This document shows, piece by piece, positions 11,841 through 22,780 of a stretch of 64,000 nucleotides of DNA (the stretch's first letter is position 1; every line of letters starts with the position of its first letter). The stretch comes from Camelus ferus (taxonomy: Eukaryota), in assembly GCF_009834535.1 (NCBI RefSeq), contig NC_045696.1:91266001-91330000 (forward strand), given 5' to 3'. A program made the translations under genes and the position numbers. The notes under the pieces were generated by a model. That model had not been told where the DNA came from and did no database searches. It saw only the letters and a program-made list of their open reading frames with translations.

Positions 11841-12297
11841 CATTGACTGAAAAAAAAAATGCACAATATGAGAATTGAGTTTCTGGGGCAAAATGAAGAC
11901 TATAGCCCGGGAAACAGCCTCTCAGATGGCTCTGAGGAACTGCTCTGAAGAGGTAGGGAGAGGTCAGTATACATGTGATTTTGGCCAAGGGGATATATGC
12001 AAGCAAGCGCACATTTAGGCAGAGACTTGCTGCTAGTCTCAAGGAGCAGATATCTCCATTAATGATTTTTGTGCTTTTCTAGGTATGAGAAGGTGCAAGA
12101 AATTGGGCTCATAACAATCTTCTCCTGAAAACTATCTATCTGAAGACCTGTCCTACTCATTTTTCCCAGAGCGTGGAGTGTCTCATTCCTGGTCTTGGCC
12201 CTGAACTCTTTTCAGGGTGTGCTGAAGGTCAGCGACTGCAGTGGCATGTAACTTCATTCTTGTAGAGGCAGAGGTGAGTGACAATTTTTAGTTGACA
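11841..12297 (-). mobile_element. ERV1 solo LTR, MER41-like (artiodactyl type)
   Basis: Minus strand begins TGTCAACTAAAAATTG and carries GAGCAGTTCCTCAGAGCCATCTGAGAGGCTGTTTCCCGGGCTATAGTC, characteristic of MER41-like LTRs; ~457 bp. Confidence 0.8.
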
Positions 12298-12574
12298 AGG
12301 GTTTTGCCTCCAGACCGGGTGGTACCTCTTCCTGCATTTAAACAATAGATTCAAAATAAATAATAGTCTCTGAGTGATTATAAAACAAAGAAACAAAGAT
12401 TTTGAATTACATCTTGAAGTCTGTCATTTCTGTGTAACAACTTGGAGGTTCTGTGAACTGGAGGTATAATAATTTTGTTTGTCAAGTAATGTTTTAGTCA
12501 GACATGAAATATTTTACTGACTTTGAATGCCTTTAAAATTGCAATTTGCTCTTTTTAAAATTGTTAATTATTTG

Positions 12575-12879
12575 GGATTTTTTCTCTTTTGTTGCTTTAC
12601 AATATTGTGTTAGTTTCAGGTGTACAGCAGTCATTCAGTTATACATCTATGTATGTATGTATCTATATTCTTTCCTTTATTCTTTTCCATTATGGTTTAT
12701 TATAAGATATTGACTATGATTCCCTGTGCTACACAGTGAATCCTTGTTGTTTATCTATTCTATACATGGTAGTGTGCATCCTCTGCTAATCCTGTACTCT
12801 TAATTTATTTCCTCCTGCACCCCTCCCTCACCCCATAGAAAACAAATTTATAGTTACCAAAGGGGAAGGGGTGGGAGGA
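12575..12879 (-). mobile_element. L1 3' end with 5' inversion, flanked by 11-bp TSD
   Basis: Antisense L1 3'UTR 12575-~12834, then sense AGAAAACAAATTTATAGTTACCAAAGGGGAAGGGG to 12879; TTAATTATTTG at 12564-12574 and 12880-12890. Confidence 0.85.
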
Positions 12880-13409
12880 TTAATTATTTGTTTCTAAACC
12901 AAAGAATGAACGGAGAAAATAATGATTGTTGGTGATTATTATGTGATCATTGATAAAAATGATTTTATCATAGAGGAGGGAATGTTAAAAAAGGATCCAC
13001 TCCAGATGTCAAATATTTGAGATATGTCACTGCAATGGATTACACATTATGTTTTTTAAATTTTTGATGGACATAAATGGTGGCCCTTCCTTTTTGAATA
13101 TGACACTCCTCTAAGATAGACGTTCATACAGAAGAACTACAGAAGAAGCTTCTATGCCTAAGCCCAAGAGGGAGCACTCCTGCTGGGGGCACCATGTCAG
13201 TAAATCAAAACTTAAATAACTTTAGTGTCCCTGTAATTGTTCTACTTGACCAGAAGCCCAATATATCCAGTCAGCCACTCCCCAAACCCAAGCCTGCTCT
13301 GGGCTCTAGCTTTATTTCCTTCCTCCTTCACACCCCAAACAAAGTTGACTTTGTGGCTCCAGCCAGTCAGATATTTTCTGTTTTTCCCTTCCTTATTCTT
13401 TTCTTTCTT

Positions 13410-13516
13410 TTTTTTTTTTCTCTTTAATTGAAATATAACTGATCTACAACACTGTGTTAGTTTCAGGACCCCAGCATAATGATTCAATATTTCTATACAT
13501 TACAAAATGATCACCA
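13410..13516 (-). mobile_element. Short 5'-truncated L1 3' end
   Basis: Poly(T) then TTAATTGAAATATAACTGATCTACAACACTGTGTTAGTTTCAGG; possible low-complexity TSD TTCTTTCTT (13401-13409 / 13517-13525). Confidence 0.8.
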
Positions 13517-13639
13517 TTCTTTCTTAATTTTTTAATTCTTTATCTTGTAAAAGCTTTCCTTCTTCTGCCCCATTTTGCAGTTCTTGGAATGGAGCCTGTC
13601 AGCTTCATGAAGGGTTAAAGTTTGTTTGTATCACCTAAA

Positions 13640-13860
13640 TTAGTCATTTTTTAACAGTATCTATCAGGCACGGAGCTGACATCTCATAAACAGTAGTACT
13701 CTTAACAGTACACTGAGATGGGTGTTATTATCCTGATGTAAACGGTGAAGAGCTGAGGGTGGAAGAAGTCCGTTCCAGGTCACACAGCTAGTGAGTGACA
13801 GAGCTGGAGCTGACACTGTGGATGACTTGCTTGTAAAGCTTGTTCTCCTAACCGTTGCAC
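13640..13860 (-). mobile_element. MIR SINE
   Basis: GTTATTATCCTGATGTAAACGGTGAAGAGCTGAGG...CCAGGTCACACAGCTAGTGAGTGACAGAGCTGGA. Confidence 0.75.
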
Positions 13861-13950
13861 CTGCAGAAGGGGATGCTGATTCCTGACTGGATTACAGGAC
13901 AGGCTTAAGGCCAGTGAGATTTCTAGGCTTTGCTTGTCTAAACAACCATG

Positions 13951-14010
13951 CAATTAGATAAGACACTGTCCCTTGCAAATCAATTAGATAGGACACTGAG
14001 GCTCACAAAT
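13951..14010. repeat. Diverged 30-bp tandem duplication
   Basis: CAATTAGATAAGACACTGTCCCTTGCAAAT followed by CAATTAGATAGGACACTGAGGCTCACAAAT. Confidence 0.85.
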
Positions 14011-14649
14011 CAAATCAGCCTCAGCTGAAATGCAGCTGAGGAATCAAAAAGAACTTCATTCACAAGGAATGATGCTGAGACCCTGAGGAATTACTGCGCC
14101 AACAATCATGCAGCTACTGCTGGATTAAGAAACCAGATCTCTTTCTGCTTATACCATGCTACATCCCAGCCTAAATATACACAGTACGTTGCTTTTCCCT
14201 TTCCAATTCTCCCACTCTCTTACTTCCATGGATTTTGGCTTGAAAAGGGGAGATTCTGTTTGGATGAAGCTTTAGGCTAGAGGTAGCAGACTGACAGTGT
14301 CACTGACAGAAAGGGGGACTGTGGACCAGAGCTAGTGCAGGTCCCCTGGCTGGGATGATTTTGGAAATCTACTATCCTCCATGGGGTACAGTACTCAACT
14401 TCCCAGACATGGTTTAATATTGACTTTGATACCCTGCTTACACCTGGATAAAGCCTCACCTTTCAGTGTTCCCTGAGAGCAGTTAACTTAGAACCATGCT
14501 TCCTTCTCCTCTTGAGTTGTTGTGTCCTGAAAGGTTTTGTAACTTTATTACAGCTCAGTTCATCTGCCTGCCTTTCAAGAATTTGCATCATTTACCCACA
14601 AGTCTGTTTCCCCATGTAGAAAATGTGAGGCCCCAGTGTAATCATTCTA

Positions 14650-14800
14650 CAACTGTAATGCATATGACTGTGGCTAAATGCAGGCACCTGGGTTTCACCC
14701 CAAGATGTTCTGATTCAATAGGTCTGGGTAGGGCCCTTGGACCTGCATCTTGAATACAGGTTCAGTACTGATGCTCTATAGACCCTACTCTGAGATGCTC
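14650..14800. mobile_element. MER5-family hAT element
   Basis: TTCTGATTCAATAGGTCTGGGTAGGGCCCTTGGACCTGCATCTT. Confidence 0.65.
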
Positions 14801-16779
14801 AGAAGCAATGACATATGTTCTTGAATTCTTTCCAGTCCCTTGTGAGTGACAAGCCCTTGGTAAGTGTCTGCTGAGTGAAAATTAAGGCCATTTCTATCCT
14901 CCTACTGCAAATACACACTATTTGGAAAATTCTGTGACTACTTCAGACTAGGCTTATTTTAATGATCACTGGTATTGATCCTTAATACCACCTTTCTCAG
15001 ACATTGTTCCTAGTTTTGTTTGTTTTCTTAAGGATCCAAAAGTTGTGTGTTAAAGGAGAAGTTGCTCAATCAGCAGTCTGTTTTAGAAAAGCACCAGCAA
15101 CATTTCCCAAGTATTTTGCATGAACTGTTAGGAAACAGACTGAGAGATAGACTCAGAAACAATAGTCCCTTTGCAGAGACTTTGAACAACAAAAAAGATC
15201 CCAGCTTAAAAGAAACACTGGATTTCCCTTTCCTGATAATGTAGAAGCCTTTCAATACTTGCAATGTCAGCAAAAGAACTGACTAGAAAGATTCATAGAA
15301 CCCAAATTCAAAATAAATCCAACAGTCATTTTTGTAATCATGAGACCTCCCAAGCATCATAGAGATGGCAGAAACTGCAATCTGATAGAATCTGGGAAAT
15401 CTAGGATCTCCTCTTAAAATATAAAAATAAAATCCTAGGGTTCTTCTGCCAGTTTTTGTGACAGTCATTATTTTTACACTTACACCAAAGTTTTAAAAGA
15501 TGAAGAAAACAATAGGAAGCATATGTTTCTCTAACATCTTGTGAGACCAAGAAAAAATAAATTAACAAAGGACTTAAGTGATTTGCTCTGTAAGTCATTA
15601 CAGGGCATCAGACGAGGTATTTACCAACTATTATAGCATCTTCTGGCGTTAGTGAATTGCTGGCAGTTTTTATCCATTATTTTCAAGAAATTCTGCCTAG
15701 AAATCCATTTGTTATATTGTGACTTCATAATCAAATTATTGTACAGCCCCAAACTGAGCCACCTGGCAGTTTGGTGAGCTAAAGTAAACTTATTTCCCTT
15801 TTTACAAAAATTTCGTTCAAAAGCCAAGGCAAAACATTCTAAACTAACATCTATGTGATTCTCATTCCAAAATAAGAATAATTAAAAATTCAAAACACTC
15901 AAGAGCCTTCCTTACCAAGGTCTTCCCACCATGCCCTGTCTAAAGTTCTCCAAACTTTGCATCTACTCTTCAGAAATGCTGCTCTGAAATGTTGGAGACA
16001 AGTTTACTTTTCATCTGATAGCTGTGTCTTAATCTATTCTGTCCCCATGAGGAGTCAGATTAGGATTAATCACGTATCTTGAGAGGAATAACTAAATCAA
16101 ACTCTAAATCCCAAGGTTAAAAGACCAAAGAAAATATAACATTTCAATTTCCCTTGATGTTGAAGAATACTCTGAAAAGACACTGATTTAAAAATAAAGT
16201 GACTAGTGAGCATCTGAAACCTAAAAAGAATCACGTTTTTCAGAATGAACCCCAGTGAGAGCAAAAGTAGAAGAAAAATCAACTTCAGAACATAATCTCC
16301 ATGGGCCTCAGTTTCTCTGGATCAGATCTACAGGGGGTGAGGGGATAGCTTTCCTCATAAAAAGCGCTGGCTAATTTAATTTCCCCCCCCCAAATAATGC
16401 TGGATGTGAAGGTCTCAGGAAAAAAGAAAATGGAATAGGGGAGCATTATCTTGTGTTTACACTTGATGATGACTTAGTTTACTTAAATTTATAGACGGAA
16501 GAGACTGCTGGCAATTGATTCATCTAAATCAATGAACTGTTCTTTCCTTACCAAAAATTAAGTGATTCCAAAAGACTATACTTTTATTCAGGCTCTAAAA
16601 TTGAGGCCCAAACAGATACAGAGTTTTCTCTGGGTCTCATGGGATGTTTTTCTCTTCCTGTAAGATGTGTAACCCACCCTTGCTCTTCCCCAGTGTCTGT
16701 AAATGATACGAGCAGTGCCAGAGGCCTTGCTCAGACATACCTACTGTAGGCTCTGTCTGTCTGAAAAGTCCCAGGCTGG

Positions 16780-16925
16780 GCTGGTGGAAATCACAGCAGG
16801 CTCAGGGCCTGGGGATTCGGCTCAGGCCTTCCAGTCTCCCTGTATGACTTTGTCTAAGTCGTTTAGCTTCCTGAGGCCTCAGTGTCCTTGCCTGTAAAAT
16901 GAGGGAGATTGATTGGTTCATGACT
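16780..16925 (+). mobile_element. MIR SINE
   Basis: CTGTATGACTTTGTCTAAGTCGTTTAGCTTCCTGAGGCCTCAGTGTCCTTGCCTGTAAAATGAGG. Confidence 0.75.
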
Positions 16926-17614
16926 TGCAGCTCTGGCTTTCTAGATTGGGTGACGTATCCCTCGCAAAGCACCTCCACCAGTCAGGACAAAGATACAAAC
17001 CTCCAATAACAGGAGCCTCTATGGTTTGTAATGATAATAGCAACCTTTCATTGAGGACTCACCATGTGCCAACCGAAATGTTAAGTCCTTTACACCCACT
17101 ACACAACTGGGAAATAGGAAGATTTCTGTGTATGTTTGTTGTGTTTTTTTAAAACTCTTCACATGTCCATGTAGAGTGCCCCAGAAGCTGTAATTGCTTT
17201 TGTAGACTACTTGATTCCTTGGGGATATACTGCCAGAGGAATGAAAGCAGGCAGGGTGTTTTTGCTCCTTCCCCTCTGGGCCCCACCTCCAAATCTCAGT
17301 GATTATCCACATAGCAAAATTATATCAACTACTGGTAGGAAAATACCCTTTTGCAAATACACAGGTGTATCCTACCAGACAGAGGGAATGAGCCCACCCC
17401 CTCAAAGTGGGCACGGGGCAAGCTTTCCATAGAGTCTTGTACCACACCAGTAAGTTGTGTGTCTAGAATATTTAGGAAAGGATTCTTGCTCTAAAAGCAG
17501 CATGGCCAATGTTGGCATGCTGATTGTTTTAACACCTGTGTACTAAAATCTGACATTTCTCTCTGACTGTACTTCCAAAAATATAGGGTGAAAGTCCACG
17601 CAGAATCCTGGGAG

Positions 17615-17800
17615 AATTCATTCGTTCATTCATTTTCTTATTTCAGCAAATATTTATCGACTGCCTACGCCATCCTGGTAGGATATCTTGGGGATACAAT
17701 GAACAAAGTCTCTCCCCTAATGACATATGTATACTAATGGGGAGACAAAGATAGTATACATAACCAGTGAGTTCACGTGAATGAATTTTACCAAGGTAAT
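17615..17800 (-). mobile_element. L2 3' end
   Basis: ATTCATTCGTTCATTC...CAGCAAATATTTATCGACTGCCTAC...GGGGATACAATGAACAAA. Confidence 0.7.
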
Positions 17801-19861
17801 TTCTTTTATGGTGGTAGCATCTTGGATACCAAGATAGAACTGAGCACGTGACCTGAGAAACTGAATATATGTGTCCTAATTCCTTGACTTTTCTCTGGTC
17901 TATATCCTCTTCAGTGACATCACTCAGAAGTTGTGTATTTGCCACTAAGAAATGTTAGAAAAGCACCAACTTTTGTGGCAGAATATTAGCGTCAAGTATT
18001 AATGGGTTTTTCCTTGGTATTTCCTTTTTTTCACTCGTGGAAGAAAACTTAAGTTCATATTGCTCTTTAAAACTACTTCTGTTAGAGAGTCTTGGAGTTT
18101 TTCAAACAGGCTTATAGGGAGAAAGCTAAGTAAAGGGCTTGATGCCTTCTAACTAAATGAAGTCAAGGCCCTTATATAAGAATAAAGTAACAGAACGAAA
18201 TTAGAGAGGCCAAGCTGGTGTGTACATTACAACTTCAGGTGAGTGAACTTGGTTTCTAGCAATAAACATTCTATCAAACTCAATTTCCTTTCACAAACTT
18301 AGGGTGAGTAAATGCAATTTCCCATTCCAAGCAACCATGTCTCTGAGATTAAGGATGGATGTAGTCCATAGAATATAACAATAAAGTTTAGAGTCAGTAT
18401 ATTTCCCCAAGGAAATTTTTGCAATCCAGGCAGAGAATGGTTTAATGATAACAAGATACAGAATAAATACAAATATGAAGAAAAAAAGATCTTCACCCCA
18501 ACCCTGCTGTTTATATTCTCAGTGTGTGTAAGGTAAACATCTTCCATTTTCCTGCTATTATATATTAAGATGTTCTAGCTAATTTGGTGCATTGTATTCA
18601 CCAAACCCTGTGCCAACATTCTTCAAAGTTCTTTATTAAATTAATCACTGAAGCTTATGATCTTCTGGCTTTGGTCATAATTTCAACCAAGGCTGAAGCA
18701 AATGAATTTCAGAGAAAGTCTAACTTTCTATTTCCATTCCTCCTTGTTCCTGATGCTTTTAGCTGGCTGCTTATTGCCTCAGGGAACAAGTGATAGTACC
18801 TGAAGAGGAGAGCGAGGCATTTTCTCTGATTCCTTCAAAAGTCCAACTCTCAAAGGAAAATTGAAAGGATGCTAGGGCAGCAACAATACAACAGATTTGT
18901 GCAGAGTCTTGACTGTGTAAATACAAGGTTTGCTGCCCCAGGGATTAGAAGGGATTCTCCACAGCAGAACGAGGGGCAATGAGGCTTAGATGCTGGGGCC
19001 CTTGAGGGAAGGGGACTTGCAATAGAAAACACAATGAAATGGAGGAAACCCATCCCTCTTTCCCAGGCAGAGTGTGGAGAGCTGTAGAAATGGCTGCCTC
19101 TTATAACAACATAAATTCACCAAAGGCAACCACGTAGTTGACCCCTGCCCAATGTAGGGTAGAAGCAACAGCCTCATCTTGTACGCAGGAGAAGCGTGGA
19201 AATTAGTGGATGCCCAAAGCCTTGCAGGTGATGTGAGGGATGACATAGCAGAAAGGACCAGACAGAAAGGGGGACATTTCAGTGATACCACCAGGAGCAA
19301 ATGATGACTCAGACCTCCCTGTTGACCATCTACTCCCATACCCTGCTAATTTAAATTCCTAGTGACTTAGTGCAGCTCCTGGGAAAGAGGTAGGAAATAC
19401 TCTTTATTGACTAAAACTAAGATTTGCTTCCTATGGAATGAGATCTTGAAATAGAAACTGAGTTGAGTTATAGAAAAGTCAAGTCCCGTTTCTTGCACAC
19501 CTAAGTTTATGGACAAGTTTTGATAAAGACAGATATTTCAGCTTAATTGATGTTAGTTGGGGGTGGTTCTGGGAAGAGACTTGTTTAGGTAAATAGATTT
19601 TCTGTCTTTTGTTCAGGTGGTTTTGTTTTGCTTGTTTGATTTGAGGCAGTTAAGAGAAAGAGAAGGGCATCTCTTTAAATCAGGGTTGAAAGCAGACATG
19701 GCTGTTTTGAAGTCACTACTTTGGTTCCTGGATTGGCAAAGACTTTTTCTAGATAAGCTAATTCAGTTTGATAAAATTAGAAGCATGAGGATTAAATTCT
19801 TTGGTATCAAATTTAACCTTGCTCTTAAAGCTGTTATAAAAGTTTGAAAAGTTGAATGTAA

Positions 19862-20000
19862 TCAATGATTTTTCAACCTCAGCGATATGTCAAAATCATC
19901 TGCAGAACTTCTTATAAATAAATGTACCCAGACCTTATCCCAGACCTACTGAATCAGACTCTCTCCTGGTGGGGCCTTGTTCTTAACAATCTTTCCTGAG
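19862..20000. mobile_element. MER5-family hAT element
   Basis: CAATGATTTTTCAACCT...CCCAGACCTACTGAATCAGACTCTCT...GGTGGGGCC. Confidence 0.7.
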
Positions 20001-20684
20001 CAAATCATTTTTTAAAATGTCATGAGGCTCTGGAACAGCTAGTATGGGTGGAGGCCTGAGAAACCTCTTCAAATGCAACAGGCTATGAGCATTATCAGAA
20101 ACCATGGAAATGAGCATTACTGCATTTATTCACAAATGCTAAGCACCAATGATTTGAAAGGCTCTCCAGGAGTTACTATATACAGTTATACAGGCTTTTA
20201 AGACTTGCAAGCCAGATAAAATGCTATTTCAGTTTCAACACCTCAATGTGAGAAACATCACATTAACCCAAAGATGAACTAAAGTTTAGTTCCTCCCTCC
20301 TGAGTTGGGCTGGGACTTTCATCAGAAACCCCAAGCTTAAGTGTGCCTCCTGACTTCTGCCACTCACACTGTCCACTCTTTGCTCAACGAAGAAGCAAAT
20401 AATGTCAAGATGCCCGACAAGCCTCTTTCTTTTCTTGAGCATGTGTGTTGGCGGGGGGCATGAGTGATGGTCATAGTAAGGGATGGAAGTGAATAAGGCA
20501 GGAATGCCTTCTCACTCACATGTAGCAGTGAGTCCTGACTCTCCTGCCCATGCTGCTCACCCTACTTCCAAGCAGTGTCGTCAGCCACCCCTAGAAGCAG
20601 GTCAGGCTCACATGGCTGACAGACACAGGGACCTTAGCAGGTGCGGAGCAGCCTTCTCCAACAGCGCCACACTAGATATGCTGC

Positions 20685-20963
20685 TTTGATCATGTCATTT
20701 CTCCAGAACCTTCAGTGAGTCCCACTGCCCACAGGTGGCCCTCAAGGCTCTGGACTCTGACCCACCTCTTCTAGTCTTCTACGACTGCCCTACAGTAGCC
20801 CTCCTCTAGCCAAACTGTCTTCTCATTAGCGCTCAAATACTTACCCACCTCCAAGCCTTGCTCTTCCAACTGCCTGGAATTTTCTTCCTCTTACCTTGAT
20901 CTACTGCTAACCTACCCATCCTTTTAAGCCCACATCAAATATTCCGTCTTCCTTAAAGCTTTC
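20685..20963 (+). mobile_element. L2 LINE fragment (interrupted by MLT1, appears to resume ~21359-21430)
   Basis: GATCATGTCATTTCTCC...CCTTCAGTGAGTCCCACTGCC...TGCCTGGAAT...CCCATCCTTTTAAGCCCACATCAAAT. Confidence 0.65.
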
Positions 20964-21358
20964 GGCATTAGTTTGCTAGGGCTGCCATTCGAAGCACCAC
21001 AGACTGAGTGGCTTAGACAACAGATATTATTTTCTCACAGTTCTGAAGGTTAGAAGACTGAGGGCAAGGGATCAGCTGAGTTGATTCCTTCTAAGGGCTT
21101 GGAGGGGAGGACACTCTCTCCTTGGCTTATAGATGGCCGTTTTCTCCCTGTGTCTTCACGTCATCCCCCCTCTGTTGGAGTCTGTATCCAAATTTCCTCT
21201 TATAAGACCAGTCATACTGGCTGAGGGCCCACTCTAAAGATTTCATTTTAATTTAATTACCTTCACAGACCTATCTCCAAATACAGTTACAGTCCGAGGC
21301 ATTAGGAATTAGGACTTCAACATACGAACTTTGGGGGAACACAGTTCAGCACGTAACA
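20964..21358 (-). mobile_element. MaLR solo LTR, MLT1A/MLT1B-like
   Basis: ATTAGTTTGCTAGGGCTGCC...ACCACAGACTGAGTGGCTTAGACAACAG...GACTTCAACATACGAACTTTGGGGGAACACAGTTCAGCACGTAACA. Confidence 0.9.
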
Positions 21359-21677
21359 GCTGCCTTCTGGTTGCTCATTTTAGCCAAAAGTGATCTCTCT
21401 TCCTGTGTGCTGTCTCCACTGCACAGAACACTCAGCAGCAACTGGACTTCAATCTTTGTTCCCCAGCTAAAGATTGTCACATTGCATTTGACATGGTAAG
21501 AGTATATCAGAGTAGAAGCGGCTTAGTGACCCCCAGCTACAAGTTCTGCAGAGGCATGGTCACTCACTCACGCCCTGGGTAAGCCTCCTTGCTCCTGGCA
21601 TCCAGCCTGGGGGGCCAAAAAGGGAACAGGCCTCCCCCTGCTGCCACTGGTTGAGTTGTAAGTTCACCAGGAATCAA

Positions 21678-22251
21678 TTTTATTTTTAACTGAAGTATAG
21701 CTGATTTAAAATATTGTATTAATTTTGGGTGTACAGCATAGTGATTCAGTATTTTTCAGATTATATTCCATTATAGGTTATTACAAGATAATGGGTATAG
21801 TTCCCTGTGCTGCACAGTATATCCTTGTTGCTTATCTGTTTTATATATAGTACTTTGTATCTCTTGATTCTGCTCCCTTGATTCGCCCCTCTCCCCTGCC
21901 CTCTTCCCTTTGGTAACCAAAAGTTTGTTTTCTGGGTCTGTGAGTCTGATTTTGTTTTGCATACACAGTCATTTGTATTACTTTTTAGATTTCACATATA
22001 AGTGATACCATATAATATTTGTCTTTCTCTGAGTTATTTCATAAGTCATGGGCATAATATTCTCCAGGTCTATCTACATTGTTGCAAATGGCAGTATTTC
22101 ATTATTTTTTTATGGCTGAGTAATATTCTGAGAGAGAGAGAGAGAGTGCATCTTCTTAGTCCAGTTACCTGTTGATGGGTACTTGGGTTGCTTCCATACC
22201 TTGCCTGTTGTAAATAGTGCTGCTGTGTACATTGGTGTGCAGGTGTCTTTT
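21678..22251 (-). mobile_element. L1 3' end (laurasiatherian/camelid type)
   Basis: TTTTAACTGAAGTATAGCTGATTTA...GTACAGCATAGTGATTCAG...TAAATAGTGCTGCTGTGTACATTGGTGTGCAGGTGTCTTT. Confidence 0.9.
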
Positions 22252-22299
22252 AAGAATCACTTGTTTTTGATTCAACACCTGTGTATGCCCTGTTGAATT

Positions 22300-22780
22300 T
22301 AATACAGTTACACAATTTAACTAAATGTTATTTAAAGCCATGAAAGATGCGTGCAAAAGGAAGGCATTATTCCTACAAAAATGAAGATGGCTACTTTGGA
22401 AAGTCTTGCCAAAAGGGAGCTCCTAAAAATATTGTTCGATTATATGTGAGTGAGACAACTGTAAGAATCAAGGTACAAGATGACAATTACAATCTGGAGG
22501 CCTCTGCTATCAGATTATTCTATGAGTGTCTTTAAATACTTGATCTACTCTAATGTAGATATAACTTTAAAGGAACCCAAAACTGAGAAGTGTAGATGAT
22601 GCTTTATAAATGTGGTTTGTGAAAGACAAGACCAATAACAGACCCAGATTTAAAGAAAAGACTTTTTCCCTCCTACATCAAATGATTCCTGAATGAATAC
22701 AGTTTTATATTTTAAACTCAAAGAAAATGTCCATGGTATGTATGTATTAGTTTTTTTAAATGACTCTTCATTTTATCTAC
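22300..22780 (+). mobile_element. Tigger (TcMar) DNA transposon remnant, Tigger13a-like
   Basis: Decayed transposase N-terminus: GCAAAAGGAAG...TTTGGAAAG...GTGAGTGAGACAACTGTAAGA (VSETTV) and GTAGATGATGCTTTATAAATGTGGTTT (VDDAL*MWF). Confidence 0.75.

Noticed and set aside
13951..14010. 30-bp direct repeats as a CRISPR-like array
   Set aside because: Only two adjacent diverged units, no spacers, eukaryotic context.
15047..15244. Protein-like 65-aa ORF (LKEKLLNQQSVLEKH...)
   Set aside because: No ATG, no convincing donor before the stop, no recognised family.
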